IMG/VR virus record: IMGVR_UViG_3300033072_000249 | Span: 20,997-84,996 of that record | DNA length: 64,000 nucleotides | Strand: one strand, 5' to 3' | Source of the DNA: a virus | Lineage: Duplodnaviria > Caudoviricetes | Part shown: positions 1 to 9,665 of the stretch, one piece after another | Position numbering within the stretch: the stretch's first letter is position 1 | Layout: every line of letters starts with the position of its first letter | Program-made: the position numbers and the translations under genes | The notes under the pieces: model-generated | Database searches by the model: none | What the model was told of the DNA's origin: nothing | The model's input: only the letters and a program-made list of their open reading frames with translations

Positions 1-1
1 T

Positions 2-877
2 GCCGCCAGCCTCTACTACACCCGCACCATCAACTGGACCGGCGCAGCTCTCACGAGCATCCTGGCTGTGTCCGATGTGGGTGTGGTCTATGGTGAGGGC
101 TCGTCCGTCATGCTGCCCTTGGCGGCACTCGACGGTACTCGAGCAAAGGTCGGCTTCAGCGACGCGATTGCGCTCACCCTGGGTGAGTTCCAGGCATCGG
201 CCATTCGCCGCCCGCTGACCAGCGACAACGGCGCCATTTCGCAGCTGGCTGCAGCTCTAGACTCTGCGCACATCAGCGGCGGCATCCGCTACGTCGACGG
301 CTTCGCTGATGCGTATGCCTATCTCGATGTGGTCGACGCCGGCATGAAGCGCCAGGTGATCATCGGCTCGGCCGAGCTGCTGTTTGGCTCGAGCGCCTCT
401 GGCCGCGCCGTGCGAAATGCAACTGGCGTGGGCACCATGGTCACGCTGACGTCGGGCGACTTCGGTGCAATCAGGCGGGCTGAGGGTTCCGGCGTCATCG
501 CTCTTGGCGGCGACATGCAGGGCCTTGTGCTTGTGCCGGGCGACATGCCGGCGATCATCCACCTAAATGCCTCGATGACGGGATACGTGTACCGGCGCAC
601 CGCGCTGATGCAGGCAATCACCGAGGCTGCAGTGGATCTAACGCTGGTCCGCACGAAGCTGGGTGCAGGCGATGCGCCGCTGGTTGCCCTCATCTCGCTT
701 GATGGTCGCCGCACGGCGATGGGTGCCGGTGAAGCGGTGGCAATCCTCAATGCCGAATCGACCGCCACCGACTACAATTTCACAGGCGAAGATGACGAGG
801 CCGAAGTCTTCTTCCGCCCAGCCTCGACGCGAGAGTTCTCTCGCCCCGCAGCCATTCGAGAATGGAGGCGAGCATGA
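2..877 (+). CDS. virion structural protein, 5'-truncated by the window edge
   Basis: Frame is open from base 2 (AASLYYTRTINW...) into ORF 68..877; Gly/Ala/Ser-rich; ATGA overlap with the next gene. Confidence 0.7.
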   Translation, partial: AASLYYTRTINWTGAALTSILAVSDVGVVYGEGSSVMLPLAALDGTRAKVGFSDAIALTLGEFQASAIRRPLTSDNGAISQLAAALDSAHISGGIRYVDGFADAYAYLDVVDAGMKRQVIIGSAELLFGSSASGRAVRNATGVGTMVTLTSGDFGAIRRAEGSGVIALGGDMQGLVLVPGDMPAIIHLNASMTGYVYRRTALMQAITEAAVDLTLVRTKLGAGDAPLVALISLDGRRTAMGAGEAVAILNAESTATDYNFTGEDDEAEVFFRPASTREFSRPAAIREWRRA

Positions 878-1155
878 AGCTCGGCCAGTTCACAAAACAG
901 CCAGGTGAGCGAATCAGCAACTCGATCACCTACATCGACGCACTCGACGTCGCCGACTACATCGAGACCATCGTCTCCTGCACGTCCACGCCGGCAGGCC
1001 TTGCTGCAACAGCTGGCCTGGCTGACAACGAGCGCGTCCGCATCTGGTACGAGGGTGGCACGTCTGGCGTTGACTACAAGGTCACCGTCGTGGTCACCAC
1101 TCACAATGGTGAGCGCTTCGAGGATGAGATCGTTTGCAAGGTTCGCGAGGTGTAA
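874..1155 (+). CDS. small virion/tail-associated beta-sandwich protein
   Basis: GGAGG RBS at 864-868, ATG 874; K-Q-P-G-E...WYEGG..G.DYKVTV..TT..G.RFEDE pattern typical of phage tail-fibre N-terminal adaptor-like proteins. Confidence 0.7.
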   Translation: MKLGQFTKQPGERISNSITYIDALDVADYIETIVSCTSTPAGLAATAGLADNERVRIWYEGGTSGVDYKVTVVVTTHNGERFEDEIVCKVREV

Positions 1156-1158
1156 AGC

Positions 1159-2394
1159 ATGAAGTGGAAGAACAACGCCTACTCGGTCCTTGCGAGCGGC
1201 ATCACCAACGTGGCAACGACCATCACGGTCTCGGCTGGCACCGGCTCCCGCTTTCCCTCCGATGACTTCCTGGTCACCCTGATCGGCTACGACGTCAACG
1301 GCAATGAGAACGCCTGGGAGATCTGCTACTGCTCGAGCCGGTCCAGCGACACGCTGACCGTTGTGCGCGCCCAGGAGGGCACCACTGCTGTGGCATGGGC
1401 TGGCGCCACGCGCATTGAAGGCCGCGTGACTGCCGGCGCCGTGGGTGCGCTGGAGCCTTCGATCGCCGCTGGCACGACATCGCAATACTGGCGCGGTGAC
1501 AAGAGCTGGCGCGACTTCTTCACGGACGTCCGGGCTACCGCGCTGACTGGGTTGAGCACAGCAACCAATGCTGTCATAACGGCGGCCGACACGGTCCTTG
1601 GCGCGCTTGGCAAGCTGCAGAAGCAGGTCTCGGACAACCTCAGCACCCTGACATCGCACACCGGGAACACGTCCAATCCACACGGCACAACAGCCGCGCA
1701 GGTAGGCGCCTTTCCTAGCGCTGGCGGGTCTCTGGCTGGAGATGTCACATTCACCGGCAATGGTCGCCGAATCAAGGGCCTCCTCAGTACCGCGACCGCC
1801 CTTGCTGACCGACTCTTCTTCCAGAGCGACACGGCCAACGGTAGTACCGATGTCGCCGCGGTCCCGAATGGGACATCGAACCGAGCTGGCTTTGGGGCAC
1901 TGAACTCCAGCGACACCACCAACCATAGCTTCTTCTCCTTCCTGGCCCTCGTTTCTGACATGCGGCTTTGGTCTGGAAAGGCCGGCACCGGCACGGTGTT
2001 GCCGATGACCTTCTACACGGACAACTCGGAGCGCATGCGGATTGGTGCCAACGGCCACATCCAGGCGGCGCAGTCCATCGGCTTCACCTCCCAGTTCAAC
2101 GCCGGCAACAGCGGCACGTCCATCACGATCGATTTCATCAATGGCCAGAAGCAGCTGTTGACCCTAACGGGCAACGCCACGGTGACGCTCGCATTCCCCG
2201 GGGTCGGCAATTACCAGCTCATCCTGACGCAGGACGCCACCGGCAGCCGAACGGTATCCTGGTCTGGCGTCACGCGCTACGTGGGCAGCGCCACGGCGCC
2301 AGCCATCAACACGGCAGCAAGCACAAGCACTGTGGTGTCCATCTACTACGACGGCACCAATGTCTGGCTCGGCGCATCGAAGGTGAATGCCTGA
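1159..2394 (+). CDS. tail fibre-like protein
   Basis: 411 aa; N-terminal NNA.S.LA..I.....TITV..GTG.RFP...RAQEGT.A.AW motif and T/G/S-rich beta segments. Confidence 0.75.
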   Translation: MKWKNNAYSVLASGITNVATTITVSAGTGSRFPSDDFLVTLIGYDVNGNENAWEICYCSSRSSDTLTVVRAQEGTTAVAWAGATRIEGRVTAGAVGALEPSIAAGTTSQYWRGDKSWRDFFTDVRATALTGLSTATNAVITAADTVLGALGKLQKQVSDNLSTLTSHTGNTSNPHGTTAAQVGAFPSAGGSLAGDVTFTGNGRRIKGLLSTATALADRLFFQSDTANGSTDVAAVPNGTSNRAGFGALNSSDTTNHSFFSFLALVSDMRLWSGKAGTGTVLPMTFYTDNSERMRIGANGHIQAAQSIGFTSQFNAGNSGTSITIDFINGQKQLLTLTGNATVTLAFPGVGNYQLILTQDATGSRTVSWSGVTRYVGSATAPAINTAASTSTVVSIYYDGTNVWLGASKVNA

Positions 2395-2905
2395 TATGCC
2401 ATCAGTCGATCTTGTCTGCACCTACGACTCGGCGAACAGCGATGCGTGGACCAGCGGCGCCAGCATCAGCGTAAACGACGGTACTTCCGCGTCCTTTACA
2501 CAGTCGTCCGGTGTTTATGCAAAACTTGGTTTCACCACGGATGTTGCAACAGCACTCCCTGCGGGCGCCATTATTACCGCCGCTCAGCTAATAATAAAAA
2601 TACGCACAACCGTGGCTGGAGCAGCACTGGTCTATATAAAAGATCCCGGAGGATTTGTTGACGGCGGTGCGTCGGTTGGCACGATTAACTTCAACTCAGC
2701 CACCTTAACCCTTTACACGGGGGCTGATGTTGGCGCAGAGCGTCCGGCAACTCTCGTGGCTGCAAACTGGTCATCGGGTGCATTCGTGCGGATGATTCAA
2801 ACATCCGGTTCTGCGCGCACATTCAACGTCGACTACCTATCCATTCGACTGACATACACGATGCCGGCGGCTGGCAACGCCATGTTTTTTGGGGAGAACT
2901 TCTGA
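2387..2905 (+). CDS. hypothetical tail-associated protein (AT-richer module)
   Basis: 172 aa ORF overlapping both neighbours; visibly more A/T third positions. Confidence 0.65.
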   Translation: MPDMPSVDLVCTYDSANSDAWTSGASISVNDGTSASFTQSSGVYAKLGFTTDVATALPAGAIITAAQLIIKIRTTVAGAALVYIKDPGGFVDGGASVGTINFNSATLTLYTGADVGAERPATLVAANWSSGAFVRMIQTSGSARTFNVDYLSIRLTYTMPAAGNAMFFGENF

Positions 2906-3510
2906 TGTTTTACGAACCATCAACGCATACTGAATTTGAATCTATTGATGCGTTCAAGCTCGCCTACAAGGACACATCGTTCGGCGACCTCTACACCGAG
3001 GCTGGACGCAATGAGGCTGGCCTCTTCATGATCATCGACTCGCCACCGGATCACGATCCGCTTGCCAACAGCCTTGTGCGCGGCGGCGTCGAGCTTGTCA
3101 ATGGAAGCTACCGCCGACAGTACACGCTTGCCACAAGCGCCATGAGCATTGCCGAGGTGCGCGCAGCCATGGCCGCCAAGATCAAGGCCGTGCGTGATCG
3201 CAAGACGCAGCTCGGCGGGTATCGGACCATGGGCAAGTGGTTCCACTCCGACACCTTCAGCCGGAGCCAGCAGCTTGGCCTGGTGATGATGGGTGCGAGC
3301 ATCCCGGCTGGCCTAATGTGGAAGACGATGGATGGCAGCTACGTCGAAATGACGCAGGCCCTGGCCGCCTCCGTCTTCCAGGCTGCGGTCACGCAGGACG
3401 CGGCGCTGTTTGCGCACGCAGACCAGTTGATCGAGATCGTCAACACATCGCCATCTCCGGCGAGTGTCAACATCGAGGCCGGCTGGGCTGCAACCTACAA
3501 CAACATCTGA
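2905..3510 (+). CDS. tail fibre assembly-type protein (DUF4376-like)
   Basis: C-terminal KWFHSD..SR.QQLGL...WKTMDG.YV.MT pattern; position after the fibre genes. Confidence 0.65.
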   Translation: MFYEPSTHTEFESIDAFKLAYKDTSFGDLYTEAGRNEAGLFMIIDSPPDHDPLANSLVRGGVELVNGSYRRQYTLATSAMSIAEVRAAMAAKIKAVRDRKTQLGGYRTMGKWFHSDTFSRSQQLGLVMMGASIPAGLMWKTMDGSYVEMTQALAASVFQAAVTQDAALFAHADQLIEIVNTSPSPASVNIEAGWAATYNNI

Positions 3511-3512
3511 CC

Positions 3513-3980
3513 ATGACCATCCAGCTCGCGCTCTACAAAGGCCCGCCGCGCGACGACTGGGCCCACACGCTGAGCCACTACGGCATCCGGGTGTGGACCT
3601 GGAGCAAGTGGTCCCATGCTGAGCTCGTCATCGATGGGGTGTGCTGGTCGTCCTCAGCTCGAGACGGCGGCGTGCGCCACAAGAAGATCGACCTGGCCAG
3701 CGGCCGCTGGGACGTCTTCGAGCTGGATCTTTCTGACGACGAGATCGCTCGAGCTCTGGCCTGGTTCGTAAAGAACAACGGCAAGGGCTACGACTACCTC
3801 AACATCGGTCGCTTCGTGCTACCGATACTTGGCCAGGACCGCGATCGGTATGTGTGCTTCGAGTCCATCGGAGCGGCACTGTGCTTTGCTGGCGCGCACC
3901 GACTCACGGCCAACGACTTGTATGAGTGGGCCTTGCGGCGGCAGCCTCAAGCAGCACCTGAGGAGCAGCTGTGTCTGTAA
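3513..3980 (+). CDS. permuted papain-like (NlpC/P60, YaeF/YiiX-type) protein
   Basis: ATG 3513; His motif WSHAELV precedes GKGYDY and Cys motif YVCFES (permuted order). Confidence 0.65.
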   Translation: MTIQLALYKGPPRDDWAHTLSHYGIRVWTWSKWSHAELVIDGVCWSSSARDGGVRHKKIDLASGRWDVFELDLSDDEIARALAWFVKNNGKGYDYLNIGRFVLPILGQDRDRYVCFESIGAALCFAGAHRLTANDLYEWALRRQPQAAPEEQLCL

Positions 3981-5926
3981 TCGGCAACCGAGTTTTCAGC
4001 GGGGAGATCCCGCGCACCGAGGAGCATCTGCTACCTCAAGGCAATGCCCAGCGCGCAGTTGACTGCGACTTTGCCAATGGCTCCATCAAGCCATTGCGGG
4101 GCGGCTTCCTCCTGCGCTCCATGGCCAACAACCCGGTGCGCGGCATCTTCACCGAGGACGGCATCAGCTTCTACACCTGGAGCTCTGAGGCGCAGGCTTA
4201 CAGCAGCCCGGTGATCGATGACACCTTCAACCGCATGTACTTCCTTCTGCCGAGCCAGGGGACGTTCATGGCGGCAACGAAGTTGGGCATGGCCTTCAAT
4301 GGCCCATCTCCATCAGCCGGCAACCAGTGGAAGGTTGGCGTGCCGCGCCCCACTGTTGCGCCGGCACTGGCCATTGGAACTCGCACCACAATCCCTGGCT
4401 ACGACGGCTCCACCGGCAAGGCCATCACGATGAAGGCGGACGTCTGGTGGGAAGATGCCACCGGCGTGGAGTTCTCTCGCGTCACGAACGTGCCGCTGGC
4501 TGAGACGCTGGCGCTGCAGCAGTTCAAGTTCAGCCGTCCTGCCGAGCCCACCGGCGGTGAAGAGGGCGCGACGTACAAGCTGTGCGTGAGGTTTGCGGCA
4601 GTCGAGACAACGTCTGGCACTGAGGTCTTCTCGGTCACCCTCAGGGGCGAGACGTCGACGCGCATCAGCGCATTCCCGGGCGGCATCGAGGTCTACCTGA
4701 ACCAGCTCACCGAAACACCCGAGGCGACCGTCACATTGAAGTGGGGTGTCGTCGAGACGCGGGCCTACGTCTACACCTACACCAACACTTGGAAAGAGGA
4801 GGGCGCGCCGTCGCCGGCCGAGACCATCTCGGTTACCTACATCCAGGACGTGATCCTTCAAGCCACACCGCCAGACTTCTCCGGCTACCGGCCAATGGAG
4901 GAGATGAAGGTCTACCGGACCTTCGGCTCGAACTCGACTTACATCGAGATCGACTACGCGTCCACCGGCGCCAACATGGCCAAGGACTCCTCGTGGACGC
5001 CAAAGACCGGCGGCCAGGCACTGGAGAGCACAAACTGGACGCCGCCGCCTACCGGACTGCAGGGCTCTGAGCTGATGCCCAACGGATGGTTTGCCGCATT
5101 CAAAGGCAACACGCTGTACATGAGCGAGCCGTACCGACCGCACGCCTGGCCGTACAACATGACGTTCGCAAAATCGATCCGCGGCATCCGCGCCGGCCAA
5201 CAGTCCTTGGTTGTGATCACGGCCGATGGCGTCTACATCGTTGCCGGCAATCACCCGTCGGCCGCCCAGCAGGTCAAGCTGTCCACGCCGCAACCAGGCA
5301 TCGTGCAGCGCGGCATGGCCAATATCGATGGCGCAGTCGCCTACACCTCCAACGACGGCTTCGTCTTGGTGGATGGCACCAGCGCAAGCCCAGAGCTCAG
5401 CCAGGCCTTCTTCGATCGCCAGACCTGGCGTGACCGGTATGGGCAACACCTGTCGTCGATGGCCTTGGCCTACCACGATGGTGCAATGGTTGCAGCCTCG
5501 AGCGTCAATGAGGACAGCTTCATCATCCGGATGGACGACGGCACCAAGTCATTCACACGCATGAGTGAGCGCTTCGATGCGATGTTTCTGTTGCCGGTGA
5601 ACGATGCGCTCTACTACTCCCAGGGCAACGTCGTCTACCAGTTCCAGGGTGGCTCTCGGGGCTCGTTCGAGTGGTGGAGCCCGGACTACATCTTCCCTCG
5701 ACACGATGCCATGGGCGCCGGCTACATCCGCTGCGACGGCACGGTGAACCTCGAGGTGTTTGGTGATGGCCAGCTCCTCGCCACCAAGACCAACCTGACC
5801 ACTGGCCACTTCCGGCTGTCAGGCCAGATCCCGCGCTGCCTGCGTTGGTCGTTCAAGCTGTACGGCACCGGCACGGTCTACGAGTGCTTCCTTGGTCGCT
5901 CGATGATGGAGCTCCAGAATGTCTAA
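3971..5926 (+). CDS. tail tubular/stabilisation protein
   Basis: 651 aa; F.GEIPR....LLP...AQ.A.DC start and G..AAFKGNTLY.SEPY.PHAWP motif typical of podoviral tail nozzle-type proteins. Confidence 0.7.
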   Translation: MSVIGNRVFSGEIPRTEEHLLPQGNAQRAVDCDFANGSIKPLRGGFLLRSMANNPVRGIFTEDGISFYTWSSEAQAYSSPVIDDTFNRMYFLLPSQGTFMAATKLGMAFNGPSPSAGNQWKVGVPRPTVAPALAIGTRTTIPGYDGSTGKAITMKADVWWEDATGVEFSRVTNVPLAETLALQQFKFSRPAEPTGGEEGATYKLCVRFAAVETTSGTEVFSVTLRGETSTRISAFPGGIEVYLNQLTETPEATVTLKWGVVETRAYVYTYTNTWKEEGAPSPAETISVTYIQDVILQATPPDFSGYRPMEEMKVYRTFGSNSTYIEIDYASTGANMAKDSSWTPKTGGQALESTNWTPPPTGLQGSELMPNGWFAAFKGNTLYMSEPYRPHAWPYNMTFAKSIRGIRAGQQSLVVITADGVYIVAGNHPSAAQQVKLSTPQPGIVQRGMANIDGAVAYTSNDGFVLVDGTSASPELSQAFFDRQTWRDRYGQHLSSMALAYHDGAMVAASSVNEDSFIIRMDDGTKSFTRMSERFDAMFLLPVNDALYYSQGNVVYQFQGGSRGSFEWWSPDYIFPRHDAMGAGYIRCDGTVNLEVFGDGQLLATKTNLTTGHFRLSGQIPRCLRWSFKLYGTGTVYECFLGRSMMELQNV

Positions 5927-7313
5927 GCGCGTCACCACGCTGCCGCCAACCATTGGGATCAAAGACCCTGAGGTGCGCCAGTTCCTGGATGCGCTGGTCA
6001 ACGCCTGGGACCACCGCAGCGGCAACACCGACGCCGGGAGCCCCGACCGCTTCATCACGGCCGAGGAGTTTGAGAAGCTGGCCAGCAACTCGATCGCTGG
6101 CGTATTTGCCGATGCCATGAGTGGCGCAGGCATTGGCACCGGCACCGGCAGCGGTGGCCAGGCCACGACGGTGGCGGACATGATTCGGTCACTCTCCGAC
6201 GAGATCAAGCGCAGCCTCCTCTACCAGCTGCTGGGCACCGAGTACGGATCGATCGACGTGTCTTCTCTGCAGGCCCGTGTCAATGCCGCATTCAACAATG
6301 CGAACACGCTGTTCCTCCAGGAGAAGACCGAGCGCGAGAGCCAGTACGAGTCGATGACGGAGCAGATCAACATTCAGGCGTCTCGAATTCAGGCGTCTGA
6401 GGCCGCCATCGTCTCCGAGGCCACCACCAGGACGAACAAGGACAACGCCCTGGCAAGCGCCATCAACACGATGTGGGCGAAGATCGGCGGCAGCGCCGCG
6501 GTCATCCAGGATGGTCAGCTCGCATCCGTCACGCCGAGCGCTGTCCAGGCCACCAAGTGGGACCAGGTGCAGGTTGCATTGCGCGACCCAAACACCGGCA
6601 CAGTCTCATCGACGTCGATCAAGCAGGAGCTCAACAGCTACATCAACAGCGCGGATGGCAAGTTCAACTCGATCTACAGCGTCCGAGCAGAGATCACCCA
6701 GGACGGGCGCACGATCGTTGGCGGCTTCGGCTTGGCGGCTGTCGGCGGCGCCAACGGAGGTCAGGGTCCGAGCATCGACTTCGGTGTGCGCGCAGACAAG
6801 TTCTGGGTCGGGAGCCCGTCTGGCGTAGGGGACATCCCGTTCATCATCCAGGGCGGCAACACCTACATCAAGACCGCGTTCATTGCTGATGCGACCATTG
6901 ACACGCTGAAGCTCACCGGCGGCTCGGTCACCTCGATGTCCTATGGCAACACGAGCAACCGCAACGTGGGCGCCGGCTCCGAGATTGTCGCGTGCCAGGC
7001 CACCGTCAACATGGCGGCGAATGCGTCCGGCGTCGTGGTCACGGCGACTGCAACCTGCGGCCCCGTTGGCAGTGACTCCGCCACCGGTTGGCTCACGCTT
7101 CGTCGCACCAACGGGACGATGATCGGGTTCACGGCGTTCTCGATGATCGGCGGCTCTCAGTTCTCGGCATGCGTCACCGGTTTCGATCCGACGCCGCAGC
7201 CAGGCCTGAATACCTACCTCCTGATCGTCGGCAACCCCACCGGCGGCCCCGGTGCAAACACGGCCATGTACGTCCAGGTGGCGTCCATCACAGCAACTGG
7301 CGGCAAGCGATGA
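5919..7313 (+). CDS. tail protein with DUF1983-like domain
   Basis: Coiled-coil middle, then GGFGL...F.VRADKFWV...PFIIQGG.TYIK.AFIADATI. Confidence 0.7.
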   Translation: MSKRVTTLPPTIGIKDPEVRQFLDALVNAWDHRSGNTDAGSPDRFITAEEFEKLASNSIAGVFADAMSGAGIGTGTGSGGQATTVADMIRSLSDEIKRSLLYQLLGTEYGSIDVSSLQARVNAAFNNANTLFLQEKTERESQYESMTEQINIQASRIQASEAAIVSEATTRTNKDNALASAINTMWAKIGGSAAVIQDGQLASVTPSAVQATKWDQVQVALRDPNTGTVSSTSIKQELNSYINSADGKFNSIYSVRAEITQDGRTIVGGFGLAAVGGANGGQGPSIDFGVRADKFWVGSPSGVGDIPFIIQGGNTYIKTAFIADATIDTLKLTGGSVTSMSYGNTSNRNVGAGSEIVACQATVNMAANASGVVVTATATCGPVGSDSATGWLTLRRTNGTMIGFTAFSMIGGSQFSACVTGFDPTPQPGLNTYLLIVGNPTGGPGANTAMYVQVASITATGGKR

Positions 7314-7726
7314 AGCACTTTGTTTTCTGCGACAACACGGGCGAGGTCTTCAGCACGATCTCGTGCCAGGTCGGCGTTGTGCCGCCGCCGCCGCCAGGCA
7401 TGCGCGCGGTTGAGGTTGACCGCCAGGTCATGGCGTCCGACGTCTACGTCAAGGGTGACGTGGTCAAGTTCAAGTCGCCAATGCCATCGACCAATCACAA
7501 GTTCGATGTCACCAAGGAGAAGTGGCTCCTCGACGAGGTTGCTGCGTGGCAGGCTGTTCGGCGCACGCGGGACCAGGCCATCGCCAAGACCGATTGGGTC
7601 GTCCTCCCTGATGTGAGCATGTCGACGGAGAAGAAGCAGGCCTGGCTGGACTACCGTCAGGCCTTGCGCGATGTGACCTCGCAGCCTGACCCTGTCAACA
7701 TCTCTTGGCCAAAAGCCCCGTCCTGA
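7310..7726 (+). CDS. tail fibre assembly chaperone
   Basis: ATGA overlap; W..VR..RD..+..TDW..LPD......W..YRQALRD+..QP..+.WP motif. Confidence 0.8.
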   Translation: MKHFVFCDNTGEVFSTISCQVGVVPPPPPGMRAVEVDRQVMASDVYVKGDVVKFKSPMPSTNHKFDVTKEKWLLDEVAAWQAVRRTRDQAIAKTDWVVLPDVSMSTEKKQAWLDYRQALRDVTSQPDPVNISWPKAPS

Positions 7727-7729
7727 CCC

Positions 7730-7757
7730 CAACAAAATGTTGTTTCGGGGCTACAAT
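7730..7757 (+). promoter_or_regulatory. CAAC-N5-GTTG operator-like box and TACAAT -10
   Basis: CAACAAAATGTTG 7730-7742, TACAAT 7752-7757; no good -35. Confidence 0.45.
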
Positions 7758-7786
7758 CTCGCGCGCGTGAGAGCGCTGGAGGCCCC

Positions 7787-8224
7787 ATGGAACAACCCGT
7801 CACGAAGAGAAACCTGCGGCTGCTGACGCCAGCGCAGTTTCGTGACGCCTGGCCGACGCTGCGCAACATGCTCCTCCCAGTCGAGGATCACTGCAATGGT
7901 GAGCTGCTGGTCGAAGACGTGCCTCGCCTCGTGGATGAGCGCAAGGCATTCGTGCTCGTGATGTTCGAGGGCTCGTCGCTGATCCTGGTTGGCGTGATGG
8001 AGATCATCACCTATCCGCGCAAGACCGTCATGAACACGATCATGATGGCTGGGCGCGGATCTCGATACCTCTTCACAGACTGCCGCGACGCTGTGGCCGC
8101 CATTGCAACCACCCTCGGCGCGAGCTGCATTCGCGGCTACGTCCGACCCTCTGTTTCCCGCCTGCTTCGGCAGTCCACGCCGCGCGCTCGCGAGGTGTAT
8201 TCCATCGTGGAGATCGACCTGTGA
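7787..8224 (+). CDS. virion assembly protein (GNAT-like / P22 gp14-like position)
   Basis: GGAGG RBS; 145 aa; lies just before the ejection proteins. Confidence 0.55.
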   Translation: MEQPVTKRNLRLLTPAQFRDAWPTLRNMLLPVEDHCNGELLVEDVPRLVDERKAFVLVMFEGSSLILVGVMEIITYPRKTVMNTIMMAGRGSRYLFTDCRDAVAAIATTLGASCIRGYVRPSVSRLLRQSTPRAREVYSIVEIDL

Positions 8225-9657
8225 TCATCAGGACCAAATTCAACGGCTATGCGGCCGACGGCACCCGGCGCTACTTCAAGGGTGGCGGCGGTGTGAAGTA
8301 CGACAACCTGGAGCAGCTGTACGCGATTCAGGCGGAGCAGGCGAAATCCTTGATGGATCAAGCCAACGCCAACGTCTACCCGGCTTACAACTCGCTGCTC
8401 GAGGAGGCCAAGAACACCGGCTCTCAGGCCAACCAAGAGATCGCCGCCGGTCGTGCTGGCGCTGATGTGGTAGCCGCGCAGGGTGGCGCCAAGAAGCAGC
8501 TCGAGCAGCAGCTCTCGTCGATGGGCGTCAACCCCAACGACCAGAAGTTCGCCAACACCATGGCGGCCATGGATCTGGACGCGGCCGCACAGAAGGCTTC
8601 GGCAATGACGGGCGCTCGCGACAAGACCCGCGACCTCGGCTTTGCCAAGCTGACCGACACGGTCAACGCCGGCATGGGCATCGGCTCCAACGCGGTGGCC
8701 GCCCTGAACTCCGCTGGCGGCATGGCCAGCAACATCGCCGGCCTGCAGCAGCAAGGCCAGGCCAACCGCGACGCCAACCTCGGCAACATCGCCGCCCTGG
8801 GCACGCGCCTGCTGATGAACAAGGGCGGCCTGGTGCCGAAGAGCTGCAGCAAGCAAGTCAAGGGCTACAACCGTGGCGGCATCATCGGCGCCATGCAGGG
8901 CGTGAAGGCTGCACCTCCACCCTCTGGCGCCACCGCCCCATCGCCTCTGTCGCGTGCCGCATCGCAGGTTGCGACCGGTGGCACCCCTGGCGCTGGCAAG
9001 GCAATCGAGACCGTGGGCAACCTGGTCGGCAAGGTAGCCCCAGAGGCCGGCAACAGCATCAGCTCGTTCGGCACTGGCCTGCGCTTGGGTGACAAGGCTC
9101 AGCCGGCGATCGATGCCTACAAGGCCGCATCCGCTGGCACCGAGGCCGCCACTGCTGCCACCGCGGGTGCTGAGGCTGGGACGGCCGCTGCCGCCGGCGC
9201 AGAAGCTGCAGGAACCGCTGCAGCAGGTGCAGAGGCTGCCGGCGCCGCCGCAGCTGGCGCCGAGGCCGCTGGTGCCGCTGCCGCTGGCGCCGAGGCTGCT
9301 GGCGCAACGGCAACCGCCATGGGTGCCGGCTCCGCCATCGGCAGCGCACTGTCCGTGGCCATGCCGTGGATTGGTGGGGCGATGCTCATCGGCAGCGCGC
9401 TCGACCTGTTTGCTGATGGCGGCGAAGTCAAGGCTCACAAGATCGGCGGCCAGCAGGGCGGTGACGGTGTGGCTGAGAGTGACACCGGCGGCAAGGTCGA
9501 TGGGCCTGGCGGCCCGAAGGAGGACAAGGTGCTGGCCCGCCTGTCGCCCGGCGAGTTCGTCATGCCGGTGGCCACCGTCAAGATGTACGGCCTGGAGCGC
9601 CTCGAGAAGATGCGCAAGCTCGGCCTGCGTCACGAAAAACAACTCGGAATTCGTTGA
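8221..9657 (+). CDS. internal virion / ejection protein with Ala-rich repeats
   Basis: A/G/Q-rich; xxGGxV motifs; C-terminal GPG...D.V.ARLS.GEFV motif. Confidence 0.7.
   Translation: MIIRTKFNGYAADGTRRYFKGGGGVKYDNLEQLYAIQAEQAKSLMDQANANVYPAYNSLLEEAKNTGSQANQEIAAGRAGADVVAAQGGAKKQLEQQLSSMGVNPNDQKFANTMAAMDLDAAAQKASAMTGARDKTRDLGFAKLTDTVNAGMGIGSNAVAALNSAGGMASNIAGLQQQGQANRDANLGNIAALGTRLLMNKGGLVPKSCSKQVKGYNRGGIIGAMQGVKAAPPPSGATAPSPLSRAASQVATGGTPGAGKAIETVGNLVGKVAPEAGNSISSFGTGLRLGDKAQPAIDAYKAASAGTEAATAATAGAEAGTAAAAGAEAAGTAAAGAEAAGAAAAGAEAAGAAAAGAEAAGATATAMGAGSAIGSALSVAMPWIGGAMLIGSALDLFADGGEVKAHKIGGQQGGDGVAESDTGGKVDGPGGPKEDKVLARLSPGEFVMPVATVKMYGLERLEKMRKLGLRHEKQLGIR
9133..9312 (+). repeat. degenerate 30-nt (AGAEAAGAAA) tandem repeat, about 6 units
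   Basis: Read directly from the translation; synonymous positions are diverged. Confidence 0.85.
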
Positions 9658-9665
9658 GGTAACAC

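Noticed and set aside
1159-7726. Diversity-generating retroelement acting on tail genes
   Set aside because: No reverse transcriptase and no TR/VR pair differing at adenines was seen
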